In this document: positions 1 through 9,600 of the stretch, in pieces
How the letters are laid out: every line of letters begins with the position of its first letter
Numbering within the stretch: the stretch's first letter is position 1
DNA from: Escherichia phage vB_EcoM-UFV11
Sequence record: OP555982.1
Length of the DNA: 64,000 nucleotides
Strand: one strand, 5' to 3'
Translations under genes and position numbers: made by a program
Notes under the pieces: model-generated
The model's input: only the letters and a program-made list of their open reading frames with translations
Database searches by the model: none
What the model was told of the DNA's origin: nothing

Positions 1-272
1 ATCCTAAAATTAGACCACCAATGTCTAAAGAACACAGAAATAATATCTCAAACGGGCTTAAAGCAATCGTTCTTGAAGAAACATCCTGCGAATTCTGCGG
101 AATGATAGGCAAGAAATGCGTTATCGCAGCGCATAGAAATTTCTGCAAGAAAAATCCAAATGGACGCAAGAAAACTGAAAAGACTGGTACTTGCGTCCAT
201 TGTGGTAAAGTTACCACTTTCGGAAATTTATCAAGATGGCATAATGATAACTGTAAATATAAACTTAGCTAA
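1..272 (+). CDS. 3' fragment of a plus-strand ORF (5' end outside window); Cys/His-rich tail with two CxxC...H...C repeats, possibly a nuclease/homing-endonuclease-like DNA-binding tail
   Basis: Frame is open from position 3; residues CEFCG..AAHRNFC and CVHCG..WHNDNC form two zinc-finger-like repeats; opposite orientation to all neighbours. Confidence 0.3.
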   Translation, partial: PKIRPPMSKEHRNNISNGLKAIVLEETSCEFCGMIGKKCVIAAHRNFCKKNPNGRKKTEKTGTCVHCGKVTTFGNLSRWHNDNCKYKLS

Positions 273-1953
273 TCTTAGCTAAACTAAATCTACCAACTTT
301 TTCCATCTGAATATGCTGACCATATTCTTGTGGGTCATGGTCTTTATGTGAAATTATGAAGAAGTTGGTATCCTTCAAACCATCTAAAATTTTAGCTACA
401 TTTTTAATACCTTCAGCATCAAATGCACCGTCATACACTTCATCAAGAAATAAACAACTTATTTTAACACCTGAAACTTTTTCAGCAATATCACGCCAAG
501 TAAATAAAAGAGCAATATCAATTCGCGCTTTTTCACCTTGACTGAATGAAGCATAACTAAAATCTTCACGACCACGGGATTTAATTGTCTCATTAAATTC
601 TTCATCTAATGTAAACACATAATCCGCTTCCATTATTTTAAGATAATGGTTAATCTGCTTATTAAATAATGGAATGTACTTTTTAATAATAGCACCTTTA
701 ATACCAGAATCTTTGAGCATATCAGTCAAAATTCCTCGGTGGTATTTTTCCATTACTAAATTAGTTTTTGTCTTAACAATTTTATCAAGTTCTTCTTGAA
801 GCAGTGCTATTTCATCAGCATGGTCAATAAACTCAGAAGATGCTTTTTCTATAGCCGCTTTAACCTTTTTAGCTTTATCTACTGCTGCGATCAGAGATTG
901 CTTTTTATTGCGAATATCATTTGCCAACGACTGCTGGGTTTTAATATTATCTCGGTATTCATCAACAAGAACTTTTAAATTATCACGATGTGTTGAAAGA
1001 TGTTCAAACGAATGCGTGCATTCAGAAACTTTATCTTTAATTTTAGAAACAACTTTATCACCGGAACTTAATTGTGACAAACAGGTTGGACATAATCCAC
1101 CTTCGTGATACATATTAATGACTTTATTATACGAGTCAATTTTTGATTTAATTAAAACTGCTTCTTGACCGATTTTATTAAATGCATCAGTCGGGTCTTC
1201 ATCTAAAACAATATTAACTAATCTTTCATTAGCTTCTTCTATTTCCGATTTTAGCGTTCTAGCTTCTTTTGCCAAATCATCATACATATTTTGAAGACGA
1301 GTAAGGTTGTCACCCGTTAATTTTTTCTGGCGTTCAACGTTATCATTATATATTTTAATTTGTTGGATAATACTATCTTTTTTAACATCAAGCACTTGGT
1401 TTTGTGAATTTAATTCACGTATTAGTGCTTTATTAAGCTTATCCATTTCAGCTAATGTTCCTACCTCGAGCAGGTCTTCCACAAGCTTTCTTCGCGCAGG
1501 GGTCGACAAACCCATGAAAGGGGTATACCCTGCTGTACCAAGGACAACAATCTGCTTGAAACTGGCATATGACATTCCGATAAGCTGTTCAAATTCTGCT
1601 TGGAAATCTTTACTGCTGGCAGATTCATTAAGACGTGTACCGTTAACGGTGATTTCGAAAACGTTTGGTTTTTGTCCTCTTTTGATATAATACTTTTTCT
1701 CATCATATTCCATCCACAGTTCAACTAAAAGTTCTTTCTTATTTGTGCTGTTTATTAATTGACCTTTCTTTACATCACGAAATGGCTTGCCAAAAAGCCC
1801 AAATGTGATGGCTTCTAACATAGTAGACTTACCACCGCCATTTCGTCCAGTAATAAGAGTTTTTTGAACCTTATCTAATTGAATGTCAATAGGATTTCCA
1901 CCTACTGACATTATATTTTGATACCTAACTCGGTTTAGTTTAAAATTCTTCAC
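265..1953 (-). CDS. 46: recombination endonuclease ATPase subunit gp46 (Rad50/SbcC-like)
   Basis: 562-aa ORF; Walker A GRNGGGKST near N-terminus, long central coiled coil, C-terminal LFLDEV region; adjacent to gp47; length as T4 gp46. Confidence 0.9.
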   Translation of the reverse strand: MKNFKLNRVRYQNIMSVGGNPIDIQLDKVQKTLITGRNGGGKSTMLEAITFGLFGKPFRDVKKGQLINSTNKKELLVELWMEYDEKKYYIKRGQKPNVFEITVNGTRLNESASSKDFQAEFEQLIGMSYASFKQIVVLGTAGYTPFMGLSTPARRKLVEDLLEVGTLAEMDKLNKALIRELNSQNQVLDVKKDSIIQQIKIYNDNVERQKKLTGDNLTRLQNMYDDLAKEARTLKSEIEEANERLVNIVLDEDPTDAFNKIGQEAVLIKSKIDSYNKVINMYHEGGLCPTCLSQLSSGDKVVSKIKDKVSECTHSFEHLSTHRDNLKVLVDEYRDNIKTQQSLANDIRNKKQSLIAAVDKAKKVKAAIEKASSEFIDHADEIALLQEELDKIVKTKTNLVMEKYHRGILTDMLKDSGIKGAIIKKYIPLFNKQINHYLKIMEADYVFTLDEEFNETIKSRGREDFSYASFSQGEKARIDIALLFTWRDIAEKVSGVKISCLFLDEVYDGAFDAEGIKNVAKILDGLKDTNFFIISHKDHDPQEYGQHIQMEKVGRFSLAKIS

Positions 1954-2213
1954 AAAAGATTCCTTTTAATGTATCTTTTAGACCATTCTATCATATCATC
2001 ATAATCTAAAAAGTATTCATCAAATTCAGCCATGCAAACAACACCTTGTGCTGCTTTTGATGTGATATAAATTATTCCAACATATCTAGAATCTTCTTCG
2101 GTATAATCAATATTTGCTATGAATTCATCATTAATGTCAAATGTCGAAAACTTCACAGTATGCATCCTTAATACAAGATACAGCCATATCTTGTAATGAT
2201 TTAGGTGTATCAT
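1950..2213 (-). CDS. small hypothetical protein between genes 46 and 47 (start uncertain)
   Basis: 87-codon ORF, stop overlaps gp46 start; overlaps next ORF in another frame so the true start is probably internal. Confidence 0.35.
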   Translation of the reverse strand: MIHLNHYKIWLYLVLRMHTVKFSTFDINDEFIANIDYTEEDSRYVGIIYITSKAAQGVVCMAEFDEYFLDYDDMIEWSKRYIKRNLL

Positions 2214-2400
2214 TATCTAAAATGTTGAAGTTAAAAGATACAGCCCAATCTGTACAGACCGTAACCTTTTTAATACAATTATCTTCAACCTCTAACGGTT
2301 CAAACCAATATTCAATAATTTCTTTATGCCCAATATCATCTTTTACTTCGCATTCAAAATGCTGACTCATCATAACATTTTTAAATTCATCAAAAGTCAT
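2137..2400 (-). CDS. small acidic hypothetical protein
   Basis: 87-aa ORF immediately downstream of gp47 with overlapping stop/start. Confidence 0.45.
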   Translation of the reverse strand: MTFDEFKNVMMSQHFECEVKDDIGHKEIIEYWFEPLEVEDNCIKKVTVCTDWAVSFNFNILDNDTPKSLQDMAVSCIKDAYCEVFDI

Positions 2401-3416
2401 TGTGTTGCCTCTACATATAGCTGGTTTGCATATTGAATAAGTGCTTCACGATCAGAATCAGTGATGTCTGGAATTGCATTAATGTATTCTTCCATCAACG
2501 TCTGAAGAGATTGAACTTCAACTTCTTCACTGTCATCTGACTCGACAGAGTTATCAATTTTTGACACAACTCGTAATGAATGCACAACTTTTTCTAGTTC
2601 AGATTCGAACTTCGTCAGATTTTTGTCTACTTCAGTTACTATAACACGTACTGATAGATTTGTAAAATCTTTATAGTCAATTTTTCCTTTAAATGGATAA
2701 TGAATTCTACGATGCCAGGTAGTATTGTTTGGAATAAATTCCATTCGTTCTGTTTCTGTATCAAACATCCAGAACCCACGAGGGTCATTCTCGTCACCTG
2801 CAGTTAGTGTCCATGGTGTCCCAATATATCTGACGTTAGCAGCCTCAGAGATAGTATGGAAGTGACCAGACCACACTTCTTTATAAGTCTTAAGGAAATC
2901 AGGTTCAAGACCATGAGATTTCATTCCTTTATAAAAATAAAATCCGTTCAGTTCCCAGTGACCGACGCAAAAAGAAGCAGATGAAGTTTTGATGTGCTCA
3001 AGAATTTCACCAGTATTTTCTTCACACATCCAAGGAATTAAATCAATTAAACATCCGTCAAAATCTACTGTAGTAGGCTTATCATATACTTTAACATTAG
3101 GATATTTAGCCAAAAGCTCAGTAGAAGCATTTGGATGCATTACATTTTTATAGTGGAGATCGTGATTTCCTACAATAGTATGTAGGGTAATACCAGCATC
3201 ATCAAGCATTTGAACTATTTCACGGGCAAACTCCATAGTTTTATGCGTGATCGCTTTTCGCACATCAAAAATATCACCGTATTGAATCCAAGTAGTAATT
3301 CCATTTTTCTTAGAATATTCTATCGCTTGCTTAATTCCATCAATTTGAATACCGCGAATCCACTCATCATCGGCTTTAACGCCTAAATGCCAATCACCTA
3401 AATTTAAAATTTTCAT
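2397..3416 (-). CDS. 47: recombination nuclease subunit gp47 (Mre11/SbcD-like phosphoesterase)
   Basis: 339 aa; calcineurin-like motifs GDWHLG, GDIFD, GNHD, GHxH; partner of gp46. Confidence 0.9.
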   Translation of the reverse strand: MKILNLGDWHLGVKADDEWIRGIQIDGIKQAIEYSKKNGITTWIQYGDIFDVRKAITHKTMEFAREIVQMLDDAGITLHTIVGNHDLHYKNVMHPNASTELLAKYPNVKVYDKPTTVDFDGCLIDLIPWMCEENTGEILEHIKTSSASFCVGHWELNGFYFYKGMKSHGLEPDFLKTYKEVWSGHFHTISEAANVRYIGTPWTLTAGDENDPRGFWMFDTETERMEFIPNNTTWHRRIHYPFKGKIDYKDFTNLSVRVIVTEVDKNLTKFESELEKVVHSLRVVSKIDNSVESDDSEEVEVQSLQTLMEEYINAIPDITDSDREALIQYANQLYVEATQ

Positions 3417-3568
3417 ATATCAAGAACCGTCATTGAAATGCAAAATAAAATTATTGAAATAAAACCATCTGGAGTACTAAAGAATCCAACCCAACACGCT
3501 CTAGTGAAAAGATAAAACGCGAGAAAAAGTATCACATATCCAAGAAATATCATTATATCAAACTCCAT
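3413..3568 (-). CDS. small hydrophobic membrane peptide (51 aa), 47.1-like position
   Basis: ATG at 3568..3566; stop TGA overlaps gp47 ATG (ATGA); translation MEFDIMIFLGYVILFLAFYLF...; below ORF-track cutoff. Confidence 0.4.
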   Translation of the reverse strand: MEFDIMIFLGYVILFLAFYLFTRACWVGFFSTPDGFISIILFCISMTVLDI

Positions 3569-3576
3569 ATAAAGCT

Positions 3577-3594
3577 AAAGGGCCGAAGCCCTTT
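3577..3594 (-). terminator. GC hairpin (GGGCUUCGGCCC on transcript, UUCG tetraloop) at 3' end of a-gt
   Basis: aaagggccgaagcccttt perfect inverted repeat overlapping a-gt stop; weak U-tract, may act as stabiliser/partial terminator. Confidence 0.45.
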
Positions 3595-4795
3595 ATTTTG
3601 TAATAATGTCAAACTGCTCTTTAAAGCAGAAGCTTGAATCTTGGTGCTGATACAAAAATTCATAAGCTTTTTCGCGTTCACGGTCATAAAGAGTTCGGTC
3701 AGATGACAGTTCTTTAATACGTTCAAATGTTGATTCCATGTCATTTTCATCAAACCAAATGATACCGCTATCATGCGAGGTCAAAGGAGTATTATCAACA
3801 CGGAATTTTAAATTTTCGCCTGTAGATTTCCAAAATACCGGAATTGTTCCACATGCACCAAGCTCGAGATGAGTATATTCTAAAGAACGTTGTAGATATT
3901 TTTTGTCCAACTTACTCAGCTGATAACCAAATCCGGATTTACTCATGCGTTCAAGCATTTCGCTATTTACATAACGGTCAAGAATTTGCGTTGGCAAATT
4001 AGGAGCAATTTTAATTTGGTCTACTTGATGAAGACGATAATACTCGTATGGAATTCCTTTTTCTTTAATAGGAATGAACGCTGGAGAACGTTCCAGACCT
4101 TCCATAATAGTACTTAGTCCTGCAGGTTTAAGATGTTTTTCATGAAAATCAAACATCTGATAAAAACCTTTCCACGTAGTAGTACGACCAATCCAACGAT
4201 TGATATTCATGTTAATTTCAGAAACATCTTTCCAGTAGGTTGATCGAACCTTTGCAATATCCATCGGAGGCTGAAAGTTATATACTGTCGGTGCTTCTTC
4301 AATATCATCAAACAGAGAAACTGTTTCAGGATACCATTCTTTCATCAGAACTTTATTAAAATCGCCATTATCAGAATGGCTAAAAATAACATCAGCTCGA
4401 CGAACAGTTTCTTCTAATCCCAAATTTCGACGCAAAGAAAGAGAAGAATGGTCATGTTGATAAACTACAACACGAACAGAAGGTTTAATGTTATCAATAA
4501 TTTTTTTATAGTTATTAATAGTGTCTTCTTCAACTGAAGTAGCAGGAACTGAATTGATAATTAGAATATCACAATCATTTACCAGCTTAAGTGTTTTATC
4601 GTATTCTTTTGCCAATAAAACCGGAATTGAAAATGATTTATAATCATGCGCGCAATTACGAGTAAATGATTTATCTTTAGCATAAACCAAAGTTACTTCA
4701 TGACCATTTTTAATAAACCAATCACGTTGCTCAAGAGAAAATTTAGTTACACCACAACCTTCAAGACCTCGAGCCATAAAAATACATACTTTCAT
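3593..4795 (-). CDS. a-gt: DNA alpha-glucosyltransferase
   Basis: 400 aa, length and sequence character of T4 Agt (hydroxymethylcytosine alpha-glucosyltransferase); position between 47 and 55. Confidence 0.85.
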   Translation of the reverse strand: MKVCIFMARGLEGCGVTKFSLEQRDWFIKNGHEVTLVYAKDKSFTRNCAHDYKSFSIPVLLAKEYDKTLKLVNDCDILIINSVPATSVEEDTINNYKKIIDNIKPSVRVVVYQHDHSSLSLRRNLGLEETVRRADVIFSHSDNGDFNKVLMKEWYPETVSLFDDIEEAPTVYNFQPPMDIAKVRSTYWKDVSEINMNINRWIGRTTTWKGFYQMFDFHEKHLKPAGLSTIMEGLERSPAFIPIKEKGIPYEYYRLHQVDQIKIAPNLPTQILDRYVNSEMLERMSKSGFGYQLSKLDKKYLQRSLEYTHLELGACGTIPVFWKSTGENLKFRVDNTPLTSHDSGIIWFDENDMESTFERIKELSSDRTLYDREREKAYEFLYQHQDSSFCFKEQFDIITK

Positions 4796-4862
4796 TTAAT
4801 ATCCTCTTTGTTTTGGTTTATTTTACCAAAAATTTATAAAGCAATATAGGAGCCGAAGCTCC

Positions 4863-5032
4863 TATCCGCATAATACACCATACAAAGGCTCATTAGAGCT
4901 TCTAAATTTTATGCGCTTATATGTTATAGTTCCTTCTGCTTTAGCTTTATCATGAGACTCTTTAAAGCGTCTCATCATTTCCTTTTTAGAGGAACGAATT
5001 TTATAATCTATTTCAGAAGTCTGGGTGTTCAT
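4863..5032 (-). CDS. small basic hypothetical protein (56 aa)
   Basis: ATG 3 nt after stop of upstream ORF (TGA AAG ATG); followed by hairpin ataggagccgaagctcctat at 4846-4865; below ORF-track cutoff. Confidence 0.3.
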
Positions 5033-5035
5033 CTT

Positions 5036-5242
5036 TCATAACTGCCACCATTTTTTGACTTGATAAGAATCAACCCACACTTTCATATTAGGGTCTGCTC
5101 TTACAATAGGAGGATTAACTTCTTTAATTGAACTATCATGGTATTCTTTTTCAGAAATTTTCACACAAAGATGACCATTCAAAGATTCAGTAAATCCTGC
5201 ATTAATTTTAAGACGCTTGAATTTTACGTGTGTAAGCATCAA
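5036..5242 (-). CDS. hypothetical protein (a-gt/55 intergenic cluster)
   Basis: 68-aa ORF in tight tandem array. Confidence 0.4.
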   Translation of the reverse strand: MMLTHVKFKRLKINAGFTESLNGHLCVKISEKEYHDSSIKEVNPPIVRADPNMKVWVDSYQVKKWWQL

Positions 5243-5525
5243 TCATATCCTCAATCTGCGATCTAGTAGTCTTCCAAAGAATACTAATGAGTTCATCGTT
5301 ATATGGCTGTTTTAGAATATCCCGACTTTTCTTGATAGCATATTCGTATTGAGCAAAATTATTATTTTCAGCTGCAATCTGAGCGTGCTTATAAAGACGA
5401 TTCAGTTCGCGTTTGTTTTTAGACAATAACTTATTTGCTTTTCTTTCTGCTTCAAGACGGTTCTTTTCTTCAATAGAAGAAATAAGCTTTTCCACTTCAT
5501 CATTAATTTCGGGTTTATCAGTCAT
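5208..5525 (-). CDS. hypothetical coiled-coil protein
   Basis: 105-aa ORF, lysine/glutamate-rich helical sequence. Confidence 0.5.
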   Translation of the reverse strand: MTDKPEINDEVEKLISSIEEKNRLEAERKANKLLSKNKRELNRLYKHAQIAAENNNFAQYEYAIKKSRDILKQPYNDELISILWKTTRSQIEDMIDAYTRKIQAS

Positions 5526-5526
5526 A

Positions 5527-5745
5527 TTATTTCTCTAATATAAAATAAAAATCATCATCTGTTAAATGATACCGATAGTTTAATTCTACACCATTAGATT
5601 TAAAAGCGGTATCATACGGATTTTCTGGATCAATATCAATGTCAAGAGCTAAAACTTCCCTGAGATACATTTTAAGTAAATAGGGAATAGCTTCAACTTC
5701 AGGTATTTCTTCCAAGAATCCGGAGAGGTTAATCGTTAGCCTCAT
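5527..5745 (-). CDS. hypothetical acidic protein
   Basis: 72-aa ORF; stop overlaps neighbouring gene start. Confidence 0.5.
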
Positions 5746-6286
5746 ATAAAAAATCCAAACTAGGAGAATCGTCTACAACACTTTTCTTTTCAGCCCCCGG
5801 TGTTCTATAGGTTGATTCTTCGTAATGCGTCATTTTATCGTAGATGTCTTGAATAAAAGTTTCATCTACTAACGCAACCATATCGTCGTCACGGCTGTCA
5901 TAGACATTGTGAACGAAGTAACTATATTTCTTTGCAACTTCCTTACGTTCTTTTTTAATACGTTGGACGAATGCATTAAAACAAGCTTGAGTTATATACG
6001 CATGTGGGTTTTTATATTTCGTTTCATCAAAATTATGAAGCCCCTTAATAGAAGCTTCTATACCATCTGCAATCATTTCTTGTTTCCAAGATTGGGTGTA
6101 TCCTGAAAAGTTGAAACGTTTAGATAAGCCTTCTGCAATAAGCATAATGGCTAATCCGATAGTATCATTCTGACGAACTACTTTATTTGGGTCTTTATTA
6201 TTTGCTAATTCTGTTTTCCAATCAATAATAGCTTGTAAAAGCTCTTTATTGTTTACGTAATTATATTTAGGCTTAGTTTCTGACAT
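5729..6286 (-). CDS. 55: late-transcription sigma factor gp55
   Basis: 185 aa from [17 protein letters not shown]...; matches T4 gp55 length and sequence as recalled. Confidence 0.9.
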
Positions 6287-6364
6287 TTTCACCTCTTAGC
6301 TCAATTCATAGATCTATTATATCATAATATTTGAAGATCTATCTTAAAGCATAGAGGATATCAG

Positions 6365-6634
6365 TTATCTAAGTAAACAGTATGCTTGGAACACTTTCTC
6401 CATCATCTTTTTAAATTCATGAATATCTATATAATGACTAGTTAGATCAGCATGATATAAAAAGTCTAAAAACTTTTCATGTGTACTAACATATTCGCTT
6501 TCATTTAATTCAGAAACATGGCTTTCCCAATATCCAACACCAGTCTTATTTGGGAAAAATGAAATTTTCATGTATTGGTCAACATAGAAAATGCCATAAT
6601 TTTCAATAGTAATAGAAATATTAATAAATTTCAT
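6365..6634 (-). CDS. hypothetical protein (55.x region)
   Basis: 89-aa ORF. Confidence 0.45.
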   Translation of the reverse strand: MKFINISITIENYGIFYVDQYMKISFFPNKTGVGYWESHVSELNESEYVSTHEKFLDFLYHADLTSHYIDIHEFKKMMEKVFQAYCLLR

Positions 6635-6846
6635 ACATTCATCAACTTAGCCGCTTCAAGAGCTGCATCTAGTGAATCAAATTGGTCAACATATTCAATC
6701 AATTCGCCGTAATTAGCGTATAACCACCATTGACTGAATTCATATTCAAGGATAAATCCATTTCCCTCAATTTGAGTTAAACCATTGCCGTTTGTATTTA
6801 CTTCATATCCGGCAAGACGCAAATCGTTAATAAGAGCTTCGTTCAT
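6631..6846 (-). CDS. hypothetical acidic protein (55.x region)
   Basis: 71-aa ORF, overlapping stop/start with neighbours. Confidence 0.5.
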   Translation of the reverse strand: MNEALINDLRLAGYEVNTNGNGLTQIEGNGFILEYEFSQWWLYANYGELIEYVDQFDSLDAALEAAKLMNV

Positions 6847-6848
6847 AA

Positions 6849-7175
6849 TTATACCTTAGTAATTTTCAGGTCTGCAAATTTTTTCTTGCGTTGATTTTTC
6901 ATGCGACGAATAGTTTTATCGGAAATTTCATGCTTTTGATAAGCTTTAGATTCTACACCGAAAGCTTTAACATCAAATTCTGACAAGATATATTGAACCA
7001 ACAATTCGCGGATAGTGTTGCGTCCAATCTTCTGATCATTCTGTTTCATCGTCTGATGAAGCTCTTTTTCCCATTTATCCAAAATTTGAGGAGTTACAAT
7101 ATCGCCTTTTTCTAACAAAGAAACTACTTTATCATATGCGTAAGAATTGATGGCGTTTTTAATTTGAATAGTCAT
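6849..7175 (-). CDS. hypothetical basic protein (55.x region)
   Basis: 108-aa ORF. Confidence 0.5.
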   Translation of the reverse strand: MTIQIKNAINSYAYDKVVSLLEKGDIVTPQILDKWEKELHQTMKQNDQKIGRNTIRELLVQYILSEFDVKAFGVESKAYQKHEISDKTIRRMKNQRKKKFADLKITKV

Positions 7176-7214
7176 ACATTATCCTCAATTGCATTAAAAT
7201 TTTATTATCCAAAA

Positions 7215-7230
7215 AAGGGCCGAAGCCCTT
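7215..7230 (-). terminator. intrinsic terminator hairpin with UUCG tetraloop
   Basis: aagggccgaagccctt followed on the minus strand by UUUUGG; overlaps stop of ORF 7229-7429. Confidence 0.6.
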
Positions 7231-7429
7231 AGCTAAACTTTTTGGCACCCTTCCAGCCTTCGTACATCATTGCGGCTGATATTAATATTGCTCCTGAGCA
7301 ACTTGAATATTTGTGATTCCAAAACCAGTTTAGAAAAACTTCGTCATCAATACCTTGGGCTATCATATTTTCAAAGAACTGACGACGAGATTCGGCAATT
7401 CGTTGCGATAATTTAGATTCAGGATTCAT
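7229..7429 (-). CDS. hypothetical protein
   Basis: 66-aa ORF. Confidence 0.45.
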   Translation of the reverse strand: MNPESKLSQRIAESRRQFFENMIAQGIDDEVFLNWFWNHKYSSCSGAILISAAMMYEGWKGAKKFS

Positions 7430-7645
7430 TTAAATTTTCCAGTTACCATTTTCATCAATAAATTTAATCCAGTCATTTACTGACCACTTAGTTGTATCAC
7501 CTTTTGGAGTAACATTTAAAGTATATAACCCCTGCTTAAAAAGCATTCGTTTGATATTCATATTTTCCTCAGCTGTAACGATAACACTCGTTTGATTTAC
7601 GTTTAGCAACTCGTTGAGAAGTATTATAATCAAAATCATCGTCAA
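7430..7645 (-). CDS. small hypothetical protein (start probably internal, about 7561)
   Basis: ORF overlaps upstream gene; internal Met MNIKRMLF gives a non-overlapping 43-aa product. Confidence 0.35.
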   Translation of the reverse strand: MTMILIIILLNELLNVNQTSVIVTAEENMNIKRMLFKQGLYTLNVTPKGDTTKWSVNDWIKFIDENGNWKI

Positions 7646-7862
7646 TGTAAACTGATTTTTTCAACTTTCTTACTTCACCACGCAGTTGACGATTTAACTC
7701 ATCTTTAACTTCTGAATCAATACCTTTCATTCTACGCCATTTATCTGAGCGAAAAATGTTTTCAACCATATCTTTATGACTTACACCATCAGGAGCTTTA
7801 CGCTTTCCGAAATAGTCATAATCACGTACTTTTAAATCTCTACGACGATACGTTTTACCCAT
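7569..7862 (-). CDS. Arg/Lys-rich hypothetical protein
   Basis: ATG MGKTYRRRDLKV... overlaps stop of upstream micro-ORF (ATGGGTAA); the ORF track's longer GTG extension is probably not used. Confidence 0.5.
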   Translation of the reverse strand: MGKTYRRRDLKVRDYDYFGKRKAPDGVSHKDMVENIFRSDKWRRMKGIDSEVKDELNRQLRGEVRKLKKSVYIDDDFDYNTSQRVAKRKSNECYRYS

Positions 7863-8031
7863 GGAGTTTAATTTCCTTAGCAACTGAACTAAATACAGCA
7901 CGGTCACAAATCATACGTTTGTTCCATTTAATCACGGTATAATGAACATCTAAATCATCGACTGCTGTGACAATAACGATATGTCCGTTAACACGATAGT
8001 ACTGGTCAATTTTAATCTCTTTATCAACCAT
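7855..8031 (-). CDS. small hypothetical protein (58 aa)
   Basis: GAGGA Shine-Dalgarno 7 nt before ATG; first gene downstream of early promoter 8062-8091; below ORF-track cutoff. Confidence 0.4.
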   Translation of the reverse strand: MVDKEIKIDQYYRVNGHIVIVTAVDDLDVHYTVIKWNKRMICDRAVFSSVAKEIKLHG

Positions 8032-8061
8032 ATCAATTCCTCAAAGGTAATTCATATGTTA

Positions 8062-8091
8062 ATAATACCACGGTTTGAACTTGTTGTAAAC
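8062..8091 (-). promoter_or_regulatory. T4-type early promoter (GTTTAC -35, 18-nt spacer, TATTAT -10)
   Basis: minus-strand GTTTAC at 8091..8086 and TATTAT at 8067..8062. Confidence 0.55.
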
Positions 8092-8171
8092 AACTTTGTG
8101 AAAAATATTTTATGGAATGATAAGAAAGGAACGATAGCTTACAATGGTAATATACAGAATGTGAGAAAGAA

Positions 8172-8186
8172 GGGCCCAGAGGGCCC
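8172..8186 (-). terminator. GGGCCC-AGA-GGGCCC hairpin terminator downstream of nrdH
   Basis: perfect 6-bp GC stem followed on the minus strand by a U-rich tract. Confidence 0.55.
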
Positions 8187-8189
8187 GTC

Positions 8190-8513
8190 TTAGTCTTCTA
8201 TGATATCTCTATCATATCCAAGTGAAATGAGAGTTTCTTTGAAGTGTTTAATGTTCTTTTGTCTAGAATCATTAATGAAAATGACAGGATACCGAATATT
8301 AAGAGATGTGAATCCGGCGCGTTTGGCAAGAGATACAATCAGTGGACGATCATACTCAATCTTACCATTATTAGTAAGAACTTTATAGAAAGTAAAAGGA
8401 GCATTGAGCTCCTTTAGAAGTTTTGTAACTGATTGACATCCAGGACAACGACCTACTTCATCTGGAATTCCATAGACTTCAATCTTATTCTTTAAGTTCG
8501 AGTTTTGTTCCAC
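8190..8513 (-). CDS. nrdH: NrdH-like glutaredoxin (start codon uncertain)
   Basis: conserved part KIEVYGIPDEVGRCPGCQS... with CPGC redox site; ORF-track N-terminal extension overlaps upstream gene; GTG at 8513 or non-canonical start near 8483. Confidence 0.7.
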   Translation of the reverse strand: MEQNSNLKNKIEVYGIPDEVGRCPGCQSVTKLLKELNAPFTFYKVLTNNGKIEYDRPLIVSLAKRAGFTSLNIRYPVIFINDSRQKNIKHFKETLISLGYDRDIIED

Positions 8514-8796
8514 GAGAAATAATTCCTTGGTAAGCCCAATAAGGAGGATTAACAGAATCCTCACCAGAGTTTTCTTCAGGAAAATAAACCTGGATAACGA
8601 AGCCGGATTCATCAAAGGTGAAATAAGTAGTAGGCAGTTCACCTAACAAATCGGCACGAGCATTAATTTCTTCGAGGTCTTGTTCACGTCCAACCCAGAA
8701 GCTTGGGTTCAGACTACATTCATAGAAATAATAGTCATTACCGAACATATCAAAACCATTCCAACTCTCTACTACATACCGCTCAAAACTAATCAT
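8485..8796 (-). CDS. hypothetical protein
   Basis: 103-aa ORF. Confidence 0.5.
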   Translation of the reverse strand: MISFERYVVESWNGFDMFGNDYYFYECSLNPSFWVGREQDLEEINARADLLGELPTTYFTFDESGFVIQVYFPEENSGEDSVNPPYWAYQGIISRGTKLELKE

Positions 8797-8798
8797 AA

Positions 8799-9014
8799 TT
8801 AAGCCTTTTTATCAAGAACAGCATTCAGCTTGTTAGTAATTTTATCCAGACGCTCATTGAACTCACTAGAAGATAAGCCCTTTTCTGGAGAAATTAAACT
8901 AATAACGAAAAATACAACAATAAAAGGAATAAGGAAAATAGCTCCAACTGCCATAAACAGAAAGAATGTTACAGTTGTAAGAAAATCAGCTAAACCTTTA
9001 CGAAATTTATACAT
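8799..9014 (-). CDS. small membrane protein
   Basis: 71 aa with long hydrophobic segment FLTTVTFFLFMAVGAIFLIPFIVVFFVISLI. Confidence 0.5.
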   Translation of the reverse strand: MYKFRKGLADFLTTVTFFLFMAVGAIFLIPFIVVFFVISLISPEKGLSSSEFNERLDKITNKLNAVLDKKA

Positions 9015-9129
9015 ATTTTACCCTTAATTGATTAACCAAGCATTGATAAACACTAAACTATATTGGGAATAAAATTCTGGACCAAAATGAAAAATCATAT
9101 CATTTATAGTATCCATAATGTAATTCAAT

Positions 9130-9600
9130 TTAATCATGTTTCCACACCCCATCGGTATTTGACCAAAGTCGCTGATTATCTGATCCTCGCCACAGCTTTT
9201 TAGTCGGAAGATTTTTCTCATACTTCCCATCAATAATAACATCAACATATTTAAGCATTTCTAGTTGTTTAATATCTTCAAACTTATATCCTGTCCACAA
9301 CCAAATGCTTTTATTAGGATAAAGATTTTTAATAGTTTGAACCACAGAGTGAATCACGTCTCTGTTATCAGGATAGAGAGGGTCACCTCCAGTTATAGTT
9401 AATCCTTCTATATAATCATTATTCAAACATTCAATTAATTGTTCTAGTGTTTCACCAGTGAATGGAACGCCATTTCTAGCATTCCATGTTGATTTATTAT
9501 AACACCCTTCACATTTATGCAAACAACCTGTAACGAAAAGAACGACCCTGCATCCAGGGCCATTCACAAAATCACAGGGATAAAATCTATCGTAATTCAT
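9130..9600 (-). CDS. nrdG: anaerobic ribonucleotide reductase activating protein (radical SAM)
   Basis: 156 aa; CxxxCxxC cluster motif in GCLHKCEGCYN. Confidence 0.9.
   Translation of the reverse strand: MNYDRFYPCDFVNGPGCRVVLFVTGCLHKCEGCYNKSTWNARNGVPFTGETLEQLIECLNNDYIEGLTITGGDPLYPDNRDVIHSVVQTIKNLYPNKSIWLWTGYKFEDIKQLEMLKYVDVIIDGKYEKNLPTKKLWRGSDNQRLWSNTDGVWKHD

Noticed and set aside
356-1724. Listed ORFs of 60-127 aa (356-541, 796-978, 908-1108, 1307-1690, 1461-1724) inside gene 46
   Set aside because: They lie antisense to or out of frame within the well-supported gp46 ORF and have low-complexity translations; treated as chance ORFs in AT-rich DNA. The same applies to similar embedded ORFs throughout (for example 9024-9248 in nrdG, 10887-11105 in nrdD, 21135-21329 in the NTase, 43260-43555 in gene 5).
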